64,000 bases of DNA. Source: Tubiluchus corallicola. Its lineage: Eukaryota > Animalia > Priapulida. Shown one piece after another: positions 37,095 to 49,114 of the stretch. How positions within the stretch are numbered: the first letter of the stretch is position 1; every line of letters starts with the position of its first letter. The DNA is taken from positions 124,001 through 188,000 of the forward strand of contig JAQGDQ010000119.1 in the NCBI GenBank assembly GCA_030141605.1, given 5' to 3'. Under the pieces are notes generated by a model, which saw only the letters and a list, made by a program, of their open reading frames with translations, did not search any database and was not told where the DNA came from. The position numbers and the translations under genes were made by a program.

Positions 37095-40000
37095 TTATGT
37101 TACTTTGTAAGTTAAAATTAAACCGATTTTCTCTGATTCTTTATAATAATCTAATATTCTTTGCTTGTCTACAAGCTTCCATAATCCTTCATTTTCTAAT
37201 TGTTCCATAATGACTGGTAGATCTTTATATTCATCTACTGTCTTCGGAAGATCTTCTCTATAACATAGTACAATCACGCCACCTGCAAAACATCACTTGA
37301 CATAATCAATGTTATTAACAATACACTCATATCTTGGTATGCCGGACCTCGCTTTTACAGAGGAGAAAATCGCACAAAATCTGGACCGTTAAAAGTCCCA
37401 CATGTTATGGACACAGTCCGTTATTCCGCGAGCTGACCATTAGTGGGCTGACCGTCACTTTGTTTACATCATTACATCAGTGCAACCAAGCAACGTGTAA
37501 CGACATGTGTGTAGCTTGTATGTGAGGACCCGCCCGTTTTTGAAACATTTAAGCGATTGATTCTACATTGTCGTGAGTCTAATACACGGCTCCTACTGTA
37601 TTAGCTTAGTATCGGTAAATACTGACAATCGGCAAATTCAGACCGACGTCTCCCCGCTTTTTGTCCGGCAAACCGAGATACAAGTGTAATAGATGTAGCA
37701 TGCTTACATGTGTGTACTGCTGATAAATATGATAACTGGGTACAGTTGTTTCGTATTGCAAACTTGTAGGTTGGGATGCCGTACAGTCTGTGCAGTTTCG
37801 CATTTTCAAAAAGAACATTACTCGAAAAGTAAACCAAAGTTTGTTGATTGCATGACATGAATGTTGGTTTTGTTAGCAAACTGCACTAATTGCCAATAAT
37901 ACTATTCTATAAATACAATTTAAACCTAAATCATTTTAATTACAGTTATACATTACTACAGAATACATGGTATACAGATATCTATACTACTACACACTAA
38001 GTCTCTACAAGTTTGGATGTAAAGAATACATATAAATCTTTCAACCTTTAACATACCTGGCTTAACAAATCGTATGATTTCCCTGATGCAGTTGGTCGGT
38101 AAGTGCCCCTTAGCAAAGCCGCCACTGCAAACAGCTGCATCATAACTACCTGGGCGACAAAAAAAAACCACAAAGATAGGTGCTGTTGTTGGATTTACTG
38201 GGTGTGTCATTACTGTTGTATTTAATTTTCTGCAAAATCATTTTTGAATACTGCATGTGTGCAGTTATGAGGTGAAAGAAGAAATGCTGTAAGTTTCAGC
38301 AATTAAATTCTTAAACTGTGTGATGTTCTCACAGATGGTTACAAAACTGTTATGCCAGTTATTTTATCTAGCGTAAGAGGACGTTTATGACTCGATCGTG
38401 TTGCAGGTTATGTGTTCATAGCAAAGAGTATATGTGCAAAAAATATAAAGGGATATTTTGTTTGTTTTCATTTTAAATTTCCCGCAATACTGTTCTGACG
38501 ACGCCATTACATGACGTCCCCTGCGCAAATGTAAATCAGGGGAAGATAAGGCAATGCTAAATTATTTCCCAAATAACTTTCCATGCAAATCTATATTACT
38601 TAACCTACTGTGAAGACTTGTGTAACTAGAAATGTAATTCAAAATGTTTGCGCCAATTGGTAAAATGACGTTGGCTCACCCTCCTGGGTGCAGCACTCAC
38701 TAACCAAAAACATTTTTTATCTCATTGACAAGATACAGTAATTTAAAATATTATTCAGTTAGTGACGTGTGCACTACAAATGCTCTGATTATTTTTTTTG
38801 TTTTTGTAATTGTTGTGTCCTAACGATATTTATGGGTCTGATCACAGTGAAGATAAGTTGAGGAAGTTCAGCTGATGCTTTAAACACCTGAGTTTGGAAG
38901 GTTGTCCGAAATTCAGCAAGTCAAATGCCTGAGTAAACTAACCTGCTGGTATACTTGTTGGCTTATCAGTTAGTAGCAAACAAAAGTAATTCTTGTAGAG
39001 ATTCTTTCCACGAGCAAGATCCAACATTTCTTTGCAGCCGTCAAGAGCGTCAATGTCGGTGAAGCCTAATTCCTTGAGCTAAATTATACATTATTATTAT
39101 TATAGTTTATGATTGTGGAATGATAGAAGCTATTTACTTTGCAAACGATATTTAGAAGCTTCAAGCACTGCCCAGACAATAAAACAGTAAACAATAAAGT
39201 GGTAGCGACATTGCAGGTTTTATTAGTACAGTAAGTCCTTAGCATTTTGTTTTAACGATGCTGAACATTTGACACCATTTTTTCCCTTAACGATGCACTG
39301 TCTCATTTTAATGATGGATTTCTTGCTTTGCTGGAAGCCAATTTTTATTTTATCAACAACTTTTTCCCTAATTTGGTGCATTAAAACAGTACACATTGCA
39401 TTATTCTATTCTAAAAAAGCACAAGGTAACATAACACAATTATTATACATGTTTTTGCTTCCCAACTGACCACTAAATACTAGCCATTTCTATCAAATGT
39501 AACCTAGGAACAAACTCTATGCAAAGATTTTGCTTGCAACCTGTTGCTATAGAAACCAGACTAGATAAAATTCCCAAGGTCACCCAGTGCATGGCTTTGA
39601 CTCTGTTGCAGTGTTTATTGTATAACCAGTGCCTACACTTAAAGGAAAACCGGATGATTGTGTAAGCACGAGTTCAGAATAAAGAATGCTCTAAAATATT
39701 GAAAACTACAATAGCTTATTTTAAATCGAAACTTAGATTAAATAATAATTACCCCGGATACTCAAATTTCGTTAGGCTATCAAAGCTATGCGCGGCTCAG
39801 TGAATCTACTGAGAATGGCAGCGGCGCTTTTTTGTCACGTGCGCGTGGCTGACAAATAGAAGGCGGTACCGTGATAAGCATGATCATGAATTGCTGTGTT
39901 AGTTTCATGACGCCATATGATGTAAAGCCCATTTTTCATGACATCATGCATTTAAGCAGTACTGTAACACATATGCAAATGTGCTTGACACGCAAGGGAA

Positions 40001-41675
40001 GACGCCTGCCATTGCACAAACTGTGTCTTCGGTTAAATGTTAACGAAAGAGAACTGCTAGCTAGGTAAGTAAGATATTTTGGTAGATTCAAGCAAGCAGA
40101 AAGAAATTAATCAGCATAAAACACGAGTAAAACTCATAAACGTTTGATTTATATGATTTAAACAGCATTGATTTTGGCCTCTGGAACGTATCTCAGTTCT
40201 TTTTACATTACTTTCTGTGGAAGTCTTGGCTTCATTTAACAACATTTCGCTTAACGTTGCATTTGGCTGGAAGGCATTAGCGTTGTTAAACCCAGGACTC
40301 GATGTAGCCATTAATGCCAGGTAAGCTACATTTCAGACTTTAGTTTAGGTTTTCTACCTACAGATGATGCCACAGTGCAGTATTTATACCAAATGGCAAT
40401 ATTTCTGCACAGTACATTTTCAGGATACATTAGAAAGTTGCCTAAGAAGCTACTAAAATATCTTGCGGCAAATTTATAGACGCAGCAAGCTATATGTATG
40501 CAAGTGCTTCAACATCACTATCATCACAGTTACTGTCAAAATGGTTCGTACTTACGTGGTGTGCCACAAGTCCTGAACCAGCTGCAACGTCTAGTATCTT
40601 CGCACTTTTCTTATCCCCGAGAGCTTTAGATAAATATAACGCTCCATAATACGGACCCTTTCTTTCTAACACTGCCGTATCCTAGACAGTTATGATTTTA
40701 GCAATGATATTAAAACCTGCAGTATAATTAATGTAGATTTCATGTGCAGTCATGAAATGTGATCTGTATGCCAAGGATTGAAGTGGAACAATGCACGGGA
40801 CTCACCTAGGGATGTGAACGGTAACGATACGTATCGATAATTATCAATTATTGTATCGATATGAAAAATTTGTTGTTATCGTTATCGTTTATCGTTATTT
40901 GTTTTAATTTTGCATAGCAACTGAGGAAGGTACTGGTTGCCATGGCGTTTGGGAGAGCACTATAAAGTATAATTGCTTGGTATAGTCTTGCTTGCAATTT
41001 GAAAGCAAGTATGGTCAGTGCATTTATTTTTGATGAATTTTGAGTATCTTTGTTATTTACCTGTGCTACCTGTGTTAATTTAACTGAAGGTAAGTTATAA
41101 TAATTAATTTTATCACACGAGACTTTAAACCAGCCAGACAGCCTCTGGAGCCAGGTGCATTCCACAATACTGTACTGTATGGGATGTTCCCATGCAAAAT
41201 TACTTATAGATCATTGATGAAACATATGTTTAGTTGATTGTTCTGTATTCTTATAAAATGATTGCATTTTATGGGTTGTATTGTGTCTTTTGTTAAAACT
41301 GGTCTCTAAATATCAGTATATGCTTATGATTGCATGTGTGAGTGCATGTATGTGTGCTCGTATGTGTGTGCATGTGTAGAAATAAAACTAATATTTAATA
41401 TTAGTACTCAATGACGAACAACTATTTGTTTATTTACAAGATTCTATTTTAATAACACACCACAAGAAGTTTTTGTCAAATGTTCAATGTGGCCAAGTTA
41501 AAAAGCAACTACGCAGTGAAAGGGTTAACATCCCTACACTCACCCTGTCATAGGTAGCTGCCCAGTTCTTGTACAGTTCACCGGTGTCTCCTTCGTATTC
41601 GTAGACAATCTTTTGCAAAAATTCATTCACTGCCTCATATTCTGTAGTATCTGGTGGAACAGCCATTTTGTCCAT
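37095..41675 (-). CDS. METTL27: METTL27/WBSCR27-like class I SAM-dependent methyltransferase, paralogue A (224 aa), nested in the HDDC2 intron
   Basis: Exons 41675-41544, 40681-40556, 39078-38943, 38149-38057, 37282-37095; all GT-AG, phases 0,0,1,1, open frame. Motifs YKNWAATYD, ILDVAAGSGLV (motif I), GFTDIDALDG, YDAAVCSGGF, KPGGVIVL. AATAAA on the minus strand at 37022-37027. Confidence 0.88.
37324..37686. mobile_element. TA-flanked TIR MITE (Tc1/mariner-like); other copies ~57496-57868 and ~32429-32780
   Basis: TA|CACTCATATCTTGGTATGCCGGAC ... GTCCGGCAAACCGAGATACAAGTG|TA. Confidence 0.8.
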
Positions 41676-44600
41676 TAACACGTTTATCGATCACAACTAT
41701 AAATAAATTCAATACATATAAATTGATGTGGCAAATGTGACCTTGTATAGCAAAATTGTCCATAGGGCACTAGGTATCAATTTTTAATTGTATGCCTATT
41801 CTTATTCTCCTGTTCATGCTGATCATTTTGGTACCAGTTTCACCTCTCTCTACGTTGTTTATCAGCCAAGATATTGTATCTTATATTTTATATATATTTT
41901 CTGTATATCTTAATGGCGATGGCAAAAAATCAAAATTAAATTTGGGGGAAAATGGCTTTCAAAGTTTGTGTTACAATTTTCCGTAAATTTGCATAGCAAC
42001 TGAGGAATGTGTTGGTTGCTAAGGGGTTTGGGAGAGTACTATAAAGTATAATGGTTTTTCTTGCAATTTGAACACAAGTATGGTCAGTGCACTTGTTTTT
42101 GATGTATTGTGAGTACCTTTGTAATTTACCTGTGCTACCTGTGTTAATTTAGTTAAAGGTAAGTTATAATAATTAATTTTATCCCACGAGACTTTAAAAT
42201 TCGTTTATGCGACCAATTTTATGTTTGTTTTCAGGACTTTTTAAAAATTTTGCATAACTTATGAACAAATGTACCTGCAGGAGTAGCTTTGGACTGTTTG
42301 TGTTTTGCCAGAGAAGAAGTTCCAAGTTTATTATTACAACTGAATATATATATATATATGACAAAGTAACTAATAATAATTAATAACAAACTAAACTGAG
42401 GAGGCCTAAGATAATTAATTACAGGTGAGAAGATTATAAGCATTGATCTATACTGTACTAATAAAAATGAAAAAGTTTGTGAAAATAGCTATGCCAGTTT
42501 TATAAATAATCTATATTGTTTATTTTATCTGCATTGTTTTACACATGCTCCAGGTTATCATTTCCAAGTACACTAACAAATCGGTGTAATCACCAGTGAT
42601 ACAAATCCAACATTTTCTGACTTTAATGTCACAACTATAGTTACTTTTGTACACAGTTTAGATAGTTGTAAACTTGTGATTAATTAAATAGGCCTATACA
42701 CTCGGTAATTTATAATTCGTTTTGAACAGGTAATTTATTAACATCGGTAATTACAGGTGTGTCTTTTACCTGGTGATTACTAGATTTCAGATTCCTTTCA
42801 GATATCCACCACAAATATTGCAGGTATAACTATAGGTAGAAAATGTGTTACCAGTTTCTCACGCATGTACAGACATTAGATTTTTGTATGTGCACGTAGC
42901 TATTGTACCTATACTGTAACTCCACATGTTTGTCATGTATTCCCGTAATTTCTGTGTTAATTAGTGTCATTTCAGGTAAATCATTCATTAAAATTCCTAA
43001 TTACAGAGGTAATAGTTGTAACAAATTACAGAAGTGAGTTTGATGTATATAACAAATATTTGTAAGCAGCTGTCACACTGAAAGGTTTTTAATTTTTCTG
43101 GTTGTTCTGTTTGAGCTACAGTTGAGAGCCACTCAATTCAGGTAAATCAACCAATACATTTAATTACAGGTGTGATAATTATTATTACAAGTCGGGAAAG
43201 ACAAGTGGCTTTGAAATGTGACAAAATTAAGTAGTTACCACATAGAATATTATCACAAAAATATACACATAGCAAAACTAATAAAAACTTAAGACACGTT
43301 TTTGTGCAACAATTTTTATTTTTACTACAACACTTTATTATCATTATTAATATAATTAAAATATTTTAAATGTCATACCTAACTTGAGCAGGCTTATTTT
43401 TATAAGTCTTATAACCCTGAGCTTTATTCTTGCACCTCTGAGAAGTCTTTCGGCTCACAAAGAAGTAAACACTTGTAAAAATACCACTAAAACGGTAGTC
43501 TAACGAAAAAACTCAATGTGAGATACAAAGTACAGTGTCAGAAAGGCCACATAAAAAATTTGTTAATACAGTAGTTGTAGTGACATGCACAATGGACCCC
43601 GGTAAAAGGGTAAGGTCTAAAGAAAAAAGTCCATGTGAAATACACTGTGAAGTGTCACAAAGAGTCAAAGACCACACAAAAAATTTGTGTAGTGATAAGC
43701 ACGTTTGTGAAAGAACGCTAGATTTGGACACGTGTGTCTACGTGATATGAAAACACACGTGCAGCATTAGACCGAATTATAAGAAATCACATTCTAACAC
43801 AAAACAACTTTTTGCTCATGAAAGTAATTAAAATGTAGCATTTTTAACATTTTCCGCCACGTGCATATTTCTTCTGCTATGATTTCATCAATCTAACTCT
43901 TATAAAAATCTTGAAGTTGAAATTCAATTCAAATATCAATGCGAGTTTCTCCAAACTCTGCGACAAAATTGGACCTAAAGCTGCTAAAGACATACATATT
44001 AATAGAGAAAAACCACAGGAAAACATTCAACTGCACGTGTTTGCATACAAATTAATGAAAAGAATGCTAAAAACTGTAATTCATCTATAAAATGCATATA
44101 TTGCTGTTACTACAAAACATAATAACAGCCATAATAAAAAATTAATAACACTCAGAATAACAACGTAAGTAGAGACAAATCCATTTGTGCTCATTTTTAA
44201 TTGTTTAAAGTTTTTCTCACTTCTGTCTCGCTTTTTACTTTTGTGGTCACTGGCGTTGCTGGGCACTGCGTTGCACGCCAAGTCAGGTGACAATGGCGTC
44301 GCGCGACGTTAGTGATTCTCATTGGCCAAAAATGACACAACTTGCAATCTTACGATTTTTATTGGTGTAAAAATGATAGAGACCCTTGAAACAACAAAAT
44401 TTAAGATATTTGTTTACGCTTTTTCTACAACATTTCTGCAAAAAAGGAGCAGTTTATAAACTAATCTGATAGAGGACACTGGTAGCCAGTAGCATGCCAG
44501 TCATAATAAAAAAAACTGCACTTAAAATCATGATCTGCATGCTGAGATATAGCAAGTTAACTAAGGACAGTTTTTTCCTGCACTACAAGTACCCGAAATG

Positions 44601-44937
44601 GTAAAGGTTTAGTTTTTTATTAATCTTGCTAATAAAAACTAACATTTTAGGCAAAATAACAGTACAGCATGATAGTAAAATTAGATAGTAGCCTTAGATT
44701 AGGAAAAAACCAAAATCCGAAAATTGATAAAAATTGACTATACTGACCTTTTGTACCTCTAGGACACTATGGACAGTTTGTTATGGAGGGTCACAAATGT
44801 AAAATCACGTGCAATTTTTTAATTGGAATTATTTCATATGAGGTTGTTGTATTTTTAATATAGCACTATTTGTTCATATTTATAAATGCCATGAAACAAT
44901 ACTAAATTAGAAAATTTCAAAATATGAAAAATTTTTG

Positions 44938-45008
44938 TACTCCATTGGGAGTCAAACTCAAGCACTTCTACTTGGCAGACAGCTATACTAACCATTACAC
45001 CAGAGAGC
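44938..45008 (-). pseudogene. degenerate tRNA-Gly-derived sequence
   Basis: The minus strand TGGTGTAATGGTTAGTATAGCTGTCTGCCAAGTAG...GAGTTTGACTCCC resembles eukaryotic tRNA-Gly (TGGTATAGTGGTTAGCATAGCTGCCTTCCAAGCAG), with multiple stem mismatches. Confidence 0.55.
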
Positions 45009-46358
45009 AACTCTGACTTTCCGACTAACATTTCTACACTATAAGCTACCGTGGTTCTATCAACGAGGCTGGTAGCCAGCAGCATGCATCCGTAGCCAAC
45101 GACAATAGTCCACACCAGTGATTGGCACACTATACGCGAACTACTGCCATTCAATACACGCACAAAACAAATGGAATTTGAACGAAAATTTACAAAACCA
45201 ATGACAATTCATGAAAACTAACAGCGACAAAAATTTTTAAGTGTATTAAATGGTTGATACTAAGCAAAATTAGAATAGAATGTTTTCTGCCAACACCTCA
45301 AACTCTACGACACCATGACATACAGTTAACGGAAAAATGTGGTGCCATTTGGCAGCCAAACGGATTGCAAGCTGGATACATAGGGACGTAATGTTTAAAA
45401 AACGAGACTGAAACCAGCAACTCTTTAATAAATGCTGGCACCGTATTTGTAAGGGAAAACACCGTCAAACTATTTACAGACCTCCAAGTTTTATAATTCT
45501 ACTTGCTAGGCGTTTGTTAGGCCAATTACTATTGATACTGTTAGTACATTCAAGCTCAGTGTAAGGGATGCAAGTAGTTTCCAATATTTCATGCCTTTTG
45601 CAATTTTCAAGGTCATTCACACTTTTCATAGCTCAGCTTAATAGACCTGGTTATCACTTGTGCTTAGTCAAAATTTCAATATTTTGTTTTCCTCTTCAAA
45701 CTTAGTCATTTTTGTTTTGTTTTATTAGCTTTCTTTAATGTTTATGCAAGTTCAAACTCTTCATGAGTTGACAGTTGTTTTTCAAAACCAGCAATAATGT
45801 GTGTATTCAACTCTTACTTCAGCTGTTTAATGAGGTCAGGGTACTGCAGCATGCGAGGTCGGGGGAGGGGGGCGTCGAGCAATAGAGAACTTCTTACCCC
45901 CGGGTACGTACTGACAACTTAACCATGCTACCGGTAAACTACCTGAGACGTGCCGGTATACACCAGTGTTGCATTTACAGTTGTTACTAGAATTATTCCG
46001 TGTTGACCATTACTTACTATAATCAAGCAAAGTATAATAAAAATTCTACCATAAAAACGGCAAAATACTTTTAGCCAGTTCGGTTCATGCTAGCGTTTTA
46101 ACCTGTTAATTGGCAACATGAGACGTCTTTTCTTTCACGCATTTCTAATATCCGATTCATTTTTGCGTCTCGTCAGCGGACTCCGTCCTGCACGCTCTCA
46201 GAAGGTTTTCCACTATGATATGCACTGTGCTCCGACGTAGTTAAAGGCTTAAGGCAATTAATAATTCAGCTTTTTATACCTCATATTTAATAATTATTCA
46301 AATCTTTTGTATAAGTATCAGCTTTTGCTTGTGTACGTCAAGTTTTAATAATCAGTAG

Positions 46359-47302
46359 TGTTGGGAGCCGTTTGGACCACTGCGCCAAGTAGACCACTTG
46401 ATGCGCTAAAAGTAGTGTCCTACATGGGCAGCCCAAGTAGGACACTAGCGATTTTTGTCGAGAAACTTGCTCTGGCAAAACTTGTTTCCAGTTTATATTA
46501 CCATTGTTTATAAGTATTGTTATGACATAATAAAGCATAAAACAAAATTTCTTTTAGAAATTGATATTCCTTGGCAATTTACAAATGCATTTCTTACAAT
46601 AATTTCATCATTATGATTAACTCCATTAATATATCATAACATTAAACCTAGTATCTAATGCTTTAAAGAGAGAAATTCTGCACACAGTTATTACAGAAAT
46701 AATTGCAAATTTAAAAATGAGACAGATGCTGCTAAGCCTTCACAACACCAAAAAGTAATTTTTAACATTTAAGAAAAGCAAGGATAATTAGTTTTAATAT
46801 TATCAGTAGTATTGTAACATGTAGGGCACTGTCCTACATGGCTCGCTAGCCCATGTAGGACACATAGATCGCTAGAACGTTTACTTATAAGAAAACAATT
46901 ATTTGCCCAAGAGGTAGTGAAACGGATCACCTGTTTGTGAAGTGAGACAAAATCAAAAATGATATACCTTAAACAAATGTTGAATTCGCAAAAAAGTGGG
47001 GTTTTTTCACTTCAACAACATTAATATCGAAACCAAATTTAATATCGTCCCTTCTACCAGCTCAGAATAAAATTCTTTTATTTTATTAGATGTACAATAA
47101 ATTATTCAACGTGTATTAACGTTTTTAATTATTATTATTACATAAACAAGCACAACGGACGGTGTCAGTACACTTAACGACTGAATTCACGACCTGTCTC
47201 TAGTGTCCTACTTGGGCAGCCCAAGTAGGCCGCGGTCTACTTGGGCTAGCCCAAGTAGACCAATTGGTCTACTTGGCGCAGTGGTCCAAACGGCTCCCAA
47301 CA
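46359..47302. mobile_element. Ginger-like non-autonomous element (TGT...ACA)
   Basis: Perfect ~38-bp TIR TGTTGGGAGCCGTTTGGACCACTGCGCCAAGTAGACCA, 5-bp TSD AGTAG and CCAAGTAG subterminal repeats. A related inverted copy lies at ~26136-26738. Confidence 0.75.
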
Positions 47303-47830
47303 AGTAGTACAAATTGTCTAATTTTCGTCATTTTATGTTCTGTAACAAGTGTACAGATTCAATTGCTTGGACAAAGTTTCCTCGTAATAAGTTCAAAATA
47401 ATTTTTCTACTTGTTTATTTCAAATTCCACTTGCCGTGATTTATATTAGTTTATATATTAAGCACTAATTTTTTGCACCATCCAAAAAGATAAATTCGTT
47501 TGACTTCAAACCCATAAAAAGCAAACAATGAAGCTTGTATAGTTCTAAACTTGTTACAAGCCCTGACATCTCTTTTACCTTAACAATATCTTCTTAAAGT
47601 CCTTGCTTGCATTTCTAGAAATAATAGTACTTATAGAACACGGCTAAAAATTAACAGCTTCTTGCTGATCTGATTTTAATTAAATTAAATTTCAATATTT
47701 CAAAAAGAGTGTGAGTGTTTGAATATTTCAAAATATGAAAATCAGCTAACCTCAAATCTTTGAACCCTTATAAACGTTCAGGAACAGATAAAATGAATAA
47801 ATAAAGGTACAGTGTTTTTGGTTATTCCAG

Positions 47831-48320
47831 AAAAAACATTGCTGAAGTTGAAAGTGATGCAGATCACATGTATAGGATGGGCATTATGGCTATGCTCCTC
47901 AATGACAGTGAACTCGACCGGGACAAATGCATCAAACTGGCCTTAGTTCACGACATGGCCGAGTCTGTTGTCGGTGATCTGACGCCTTACGACGGAGTTC
48001 ATAAGGATGAGAAACATTTACGAGAGATGCAAGCCATGCAGTTCTTGTGTAGTTTGCTTAGCGATGACATTGCTAAAGAGTTATATGACTTGTGGGAAGA
48101 ATACGAACAGCAAGATACTGCAGAGGCAAGAGCTGTGAAAGATCTAGATAAGTTTGAAATGATACTGCAGGCTTATGAATATGAAAAACTAGAGAAAAGA
48201 CCCGGGGAGTTGCAGGACTTCTTTAGGAGCACAAAAGACAAGTTTTCGCGGCCCGATGTAAAAGAATGGGTCGTTGAGTTGAATCGTCTACGGACCCAAT
48301 TCATCGAAAATAAAGAATAA
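47831..48320 (+). CDS. HDDC2: HD domain-containing protein 2-like 5'-deoxynucleotidase, coding exon 2 (terminal)
   Basis: Acceptor ttccag| at 47830. The phase joins exon 1 exactly (AG+A=Arg), giving RAGWIRKNIAEVESDADHMYRM...LVHDMAE...GDLTP...DLDKFEM with an intact HD motif. Stop at 48318-48320; 212 aa (190 aa from the second ATG). Confidence 0.95.
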
Positions 48321-48706
48321 TCAGTACTCTCGTATTTATTCGCATTTTTTGCAGATTGGTGGAAGATGGCGTCACTGAAATTGTGCTCCTAAATATAATG
48401 AAATTGTGCCTTGAAGTGCAGCTACTATATTCGCATTCAAAATATTTGAGCAAAAAAATTTCGTGATGCATCTCTAATGGGGCATTGCCATCTGTGGTCT
48501 TTTTTCGTACCGAAGTGCAATTATCTATCTTTCCACTTGTTTCTGTGAATTGTGACACTTTTCCAGTAAGGATTGTGAGTCCAACGCAAAGCTTTTTAAG
48601 TTCTGTTTTTAAAAATGAAGCTGTAGTACTGTGTTACTCAACAGAAGTGAGAAATACTTTGAAGTGATTATTTATGATGCAACAAAAAAGATTTTATCAG
48701 CATGTC

Positions 48707-49114
48707 CAGAGGCGTATCAAGACATTACAATGCCATAGGCTGATAGTTCAGCCCCAACCACCTCTATTATGGATATTATTAGATGAAACTCAGTGCACTA
48801 TCACTTGTTGTGTATTAGTAGCATAATTACTTATAACCTTTGTGGTTTTTGTTAATTACATATATCTGCATTCCACAACTGCTTGATGATGTAATACTTG
48901 TTGTGCTATAATTGTACTTGTTTTCAAGTTGGTTGTAATATGCCGCTTATGTAAAAGCAGATTCAATAACTACTTGTGGTGTGTTATAAAATACATGCTT
49001 TATATTAATATGAAATGAAACAGATTTTCTGTGGAGAAGGATTTTTTAACACGGGCTCTTAAAACCTGGTGCCCTAGGCTAGAGTCTGATTAGTCTATTG
49101 GTAAATACCCCCTG
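48707..49114. mobile_element. hAT-like MITE (CAGGGGCGTA family, inverted relative to 16747)
   Basis: Ends CAGAGGCGTAT / ATACCCCCTG; TSD AGCATGTC / AGTATGTC. Confidence 0.75.

Noticed and set aside
44938-45008. Functional tRNA genes here and at 7944, 54738 and 2689
   Set aside because: Stems are broken and T-loop/B-box or D-arm changes are present; reported as relics only.
47868-48320. Stand-alone intronless HDDC2 retrogene starting at MYRM
   Set aside because: It would lack the first metal-binding His and the RxGW motif; a phase-compatible acceptor and upstream exon exist.
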